From assembly GCF_021028975.2 (NCBI RefSeq), contig NC_059429.1, forward strand, positions 98,890,001 through 98,954,000: a DNA stretch of 64,000 nucleotides, read 5' to 3'. Position 1 is the first letter of the stretch. Each line of letters begins with the position of its first letter. This DNA comes from Sphaerodactylus townsendi (Eukaryota). Shown piece after piece: positions 60,976-64,000 of the stretch. A program made the translations under genes and the position numbers. The notes beneath the pieces were generated by a model. The model was not told where the DNA came from and did no database searches. It saw only the letters and a list, made by a program, of their open reading frames with translations.

Positions 60976-62769
60976 TTCCCTATCAGGACTGGCTGGAGCT
61001 CCAGGTTTTGGGATTCCCAGGCACCCCCTCCCTCCAATGCCTTTGCCCCTAGCTTGACTCTGGAAATCCAACCTCAGTTCTTCAGTAGCTGTGCCTGAGA
61101 GATGTGCAATTGCCGCAAGTCAGTGAGAGAGCCCATGATAAAACTGCCAACATTTTTTAGCTATTTTCTTTAACACCAGCTGAGCATGCAAAAATTTAAT
61201 GATAAAGCTTTCTCCTGCACCGACCTTCATGCTGAGGAAAGTTTCAAATGCAAACATATGTGTTAAAAATTCACAATCAGGGCCAGCCAAAAAGGGCAGC
61301 CTTGCAAGCAGTGGTGAAAGGAATGTGGGATTCTTGCTGCTTTTTCCCAGAGGAGCAGTCAGGCCATCAAGTGAGTCATTTAGAGGCAGGACCAGTCGCC
61401 TGGGGTTGTAAGATTTAAACATGATTCAGGCAGCTAGGAAGGTCTTTGAGCCTTTCATGTGCCCAATATCTCATTTAAACTGGGCCCTCAGTGATTTTTT
61501 GAGTGCATTTGTAACATGCTGGCAATCCATAGCCCAGGTGGACGTTGTTGCAAGCATTGCATACTAAGTAGTAAGTAAGCCATATGTTGCAGTGCAGTTC
61601 AAATAAGATGTTAGGCATGCACAAGATTGCATGGGTAAGTCATTTTTGCTTGCCAGAGTAATGTTGAACCAGCTCTGAGAACTCTGATTGAGTCTAAACC
61701 TGTTCATTACTCCAGCCATAGATCTCATCCATACCAGTTCAGGAACATTTGAGATGCCTAGGCCAATTACACACTGCTGCTCTCCTGCACAACGAGGGAA
61801 GGTTTTATTCACGGCAGAGATTTCTATATAGATGCGCTTACGCTTACGGCACCGAGACTCCACTATGGCTGCACTACACAGCAAAGAACCCCCCCCCCCC
61901 CAAAAAAAAGCTCCATGCTTGATGAGTCCCAGGCAGAGCCAAAACCTGCCCCAAATACTGGGTGGCCTTGCCTCTGTATCAGAGACTGTGATCAAGGCAC
62001 AGTTTGTTCACTGAATGCAAATGGCTTCCTTATACTGTCAGAATATGGGTCAGTTACTGCATAGCATCATCTACCTTTACTGGCAACAGGTCTCCAGACA
62101 GACAAAGGGTTTTCCCAAGACCTGAGATCTCTTTGCAAAAAAACCAGGATTGAAACCAGGATCTTCTGCATGCAAAGCTTATGCTCTGTCATTCGGGCCA
62201 TGCTCCTTGTTGATACATTGGGCTCTGACTGTTGAGAGTCCACAGTATATGGGTCATTCTGCTTCCTCCTCCGTCATAATGACCAGCACATCACAGGTTT
62301 AGGGAGATATACAAGCTTGTATGTGGTATAAAATATATGTCATACCTTAATTTTTGTTGGTGGATATGATAAAACTGGAAACACTTGCATATGTAGTGAA
62401 ATAATTAATTATCCTCCTGCATTGGCAGCCTGACCTTAACTTTTGCCATCTCCTCCACATCCACTAATAAATAAACCCAGTGGCATTAATCAATAGAGTA
62501 CCAGTGCCAAAAAGCAAAATTAGGAGAAGGCCTCTCAGCCTCTATGTTCTGTTTGTTCACCCTGCAGGGCAATTGGTTGGCCACTATTTGACGCATGTGC
62601 TGGTCTGATGCAGCAGGACTCTTCTTACACACCTTCTTCTGCTTTATTGCTGGGAAAAGACCTGAACAAGTGTGGCCACTGGCAGGGAGAGGTGTTGTGT
62701 ATCAGTGGTGTCTTGCTTCATTACCTAGTAGTCAGAGCGATGCCATCTTCTTTGCAATAGCTGTGACCT

Positions 62770-62888
62770 GGATGGTCCAGGATAGCCTGATCTCTTCCGA
62801 ACTCGGACGCTAAGAGACTCAGCTCTCATTAATATTTGGATGGGAGACCACCAGGATAGTTACACAGAAGCAGGCAATAGCAGACCTG
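62770..62888 (+). mobile_element. 5S rRNA-derived SINE, decayed second copy
   Basis: GGATGGTCCAGGATAGCCTGATCTC...TTGGATGGGAGACCACCA, homologous to 9087-9265. Confidence 0.7.
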
Positions 62889-63066
62889 AGGATGGGGCAC
62901 ACGGTCCTCCCGGTGGAGATCATAAGCTCCCTCACTGTGCTCTGGTCCCTTTCATTTGCCTTAGCCTTCTTTGGAACATCCTATGCAAAAGCTTCCAGTC
63001 TAGCTCCTTTCGGTTTCTCAGTTATGCAGATTGTTTTTAATGGACTGTTCTAAGCCTTGAGTAGGG

Positions 63067-63198
63067 CAGTGGTGGGATTCAAATGATTTAACAACCGGTT
63101 CTGGTCGTAGGGTTCAAATAATTTAACTGGTTGTTTACAAACACCATTTTAACAACCGTTCTGCCGAAGTGGTGCGAACCTGCTGAATCTCACCACTG
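63067..63198. mobile_element. hAT MITE, 132 bp
   Basis: TIR CAGTGGTGGGATTCA / TGAATCTCACCACTG; AACCGGTT subterminal motifs; degenerate TSD. Confidence 0.8.
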
Positions 63199-63645
63199 GA
63201 TATGGGGATGTCCATCTCATTCAAATCTTCTTTGGAAATATTTATTAATCTCTGGCAATTAAATATTAAGATTATATGAAGGTAGAAGCTTGGATTGTTT
63301 CTGTGCATTCAGTGTTCTCTTTTCGTACATCATATGGAACAAGCTCCTTAAAATATGACTTTCCAACTATAGGTCCTTTATTTGCCTTTTACTTAGTCTC
63401 CTGAGCCTGCCCTAATCCAAGGGGTCAAGGCACACACTCACAAAAAGTGTGTGATTCTATTGCGGGCTGAAAGAAGGCCAGGATGAAAAAGCACTGTGGT
63501 ATTTGAAATAGAACGATCATTATGGATGCAGTGGTTAAAAGCGGCAGACTCTAATCTGGAGAACTGCTTTTGATTCCCCACTTCTCCATAATAAGTGGCA
63601 GACTCAGATCTGAGGAACCAGGTTTGTTTTCCCACTCCTTCACAT

Positions 63646-63982
63646 GAAGAAGAAGAGGAGGAGGAGGAAGAGGAAGAGGAAGAAGAGGAGTAGTAGTTTA
63701 GATTTATATCCCCCCTTTCTCTCCTGTAGGAGACTCAAAGGGGCTTGCAAGCTCCTTTCCCTTCCCCCCTCACAACAAACACCCTGTGAGGTAGGTGGGG
63801 CTGAGAGAGCTCTGAGAAGCTGTGACTAGCCCAAGGTCACCCAGCTGGCGTGTGTGGGAGTGTACAGGCTAATCTGAATTCCCCAGATAAGCCTCCACAG
63901 CTCAGGCGGCAGAGCGGGGAATCAAACCCGGTTCCTCCAGATTAGATACACGAGCTCTTAACCTCCTACGCCACTGCTGCTC
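63646..63982 (-). mobile_element. Young Squam3-type SINE abutting or inserted in an older plus-strand SINE head (63522-63645)
   Basis: A-box TGGCGTAGGAGG, B-box GGTTTGATTCC, many CpGs retained, long (TTC/TCC)n tail. Confidence 0.9.
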
Positions 63983-64000
63983 CACAGCAGAGGAAGCCTT

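Noticed and set aside
63900-63982. Possible tRNA genes (A and B boxes here and in similar copies)
   Set aside because: These are the heads of multi-copy SINEs, each continuing into a SINE body and tail.

Overview
Vertebrate genomic DNA, not prokaryotic. The repeat content (Squam3-type tRNA SINEs with (TTC)n tails, CR1, L2, RTE, Penelope-like fragments, hAT and Harbinger MITEs) points to a squamate, most likely a gecko. Four spliced protein-coding genes were reconstructed by hand from GT-AG sites and phase continuity. (1) The first three coding exons of a divergent TSPAN18-like tetraspanin (minus strand; the 3' part presumably lies left of the window). (2) Complete ADIPOR1 (+, putative non-coding exon 1 near 13.7 kb, 7 coding exons, 1128 nt, 375 aa). 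(3) Complete TIMM17A (-, 6 coding exons, 501 nt, 166 aa), tail-to-tail with ADIPOR1. (4) Coding exon 1 of LMOD1 (+), head-to-head with TIMM17A. Most entries in the ORF track are spurious or LINE-derived. I found no evidence of a wholly new multi-gene system. The best leads are: a tetraspanin paralog with no counterpart I know at the human locus; an AUG-UAG start-stop element in the ADIPOR1 leader; a 7-aa deletion in the LMOD1 ABS1-homologous helix; a CR1 inserted antisense into a near-identical CR1, forming a 2.4-kb inverted repeat; a templated insertion at a MITE palindrome centre; a SPIN-family MITE inside a SINE; back-to-back convergent poly(A) signals; and decayed hammerhead-ribozyme motifs. 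Comparisons with human proteins and repeat consensus sequences are from memory and need database confirmation.
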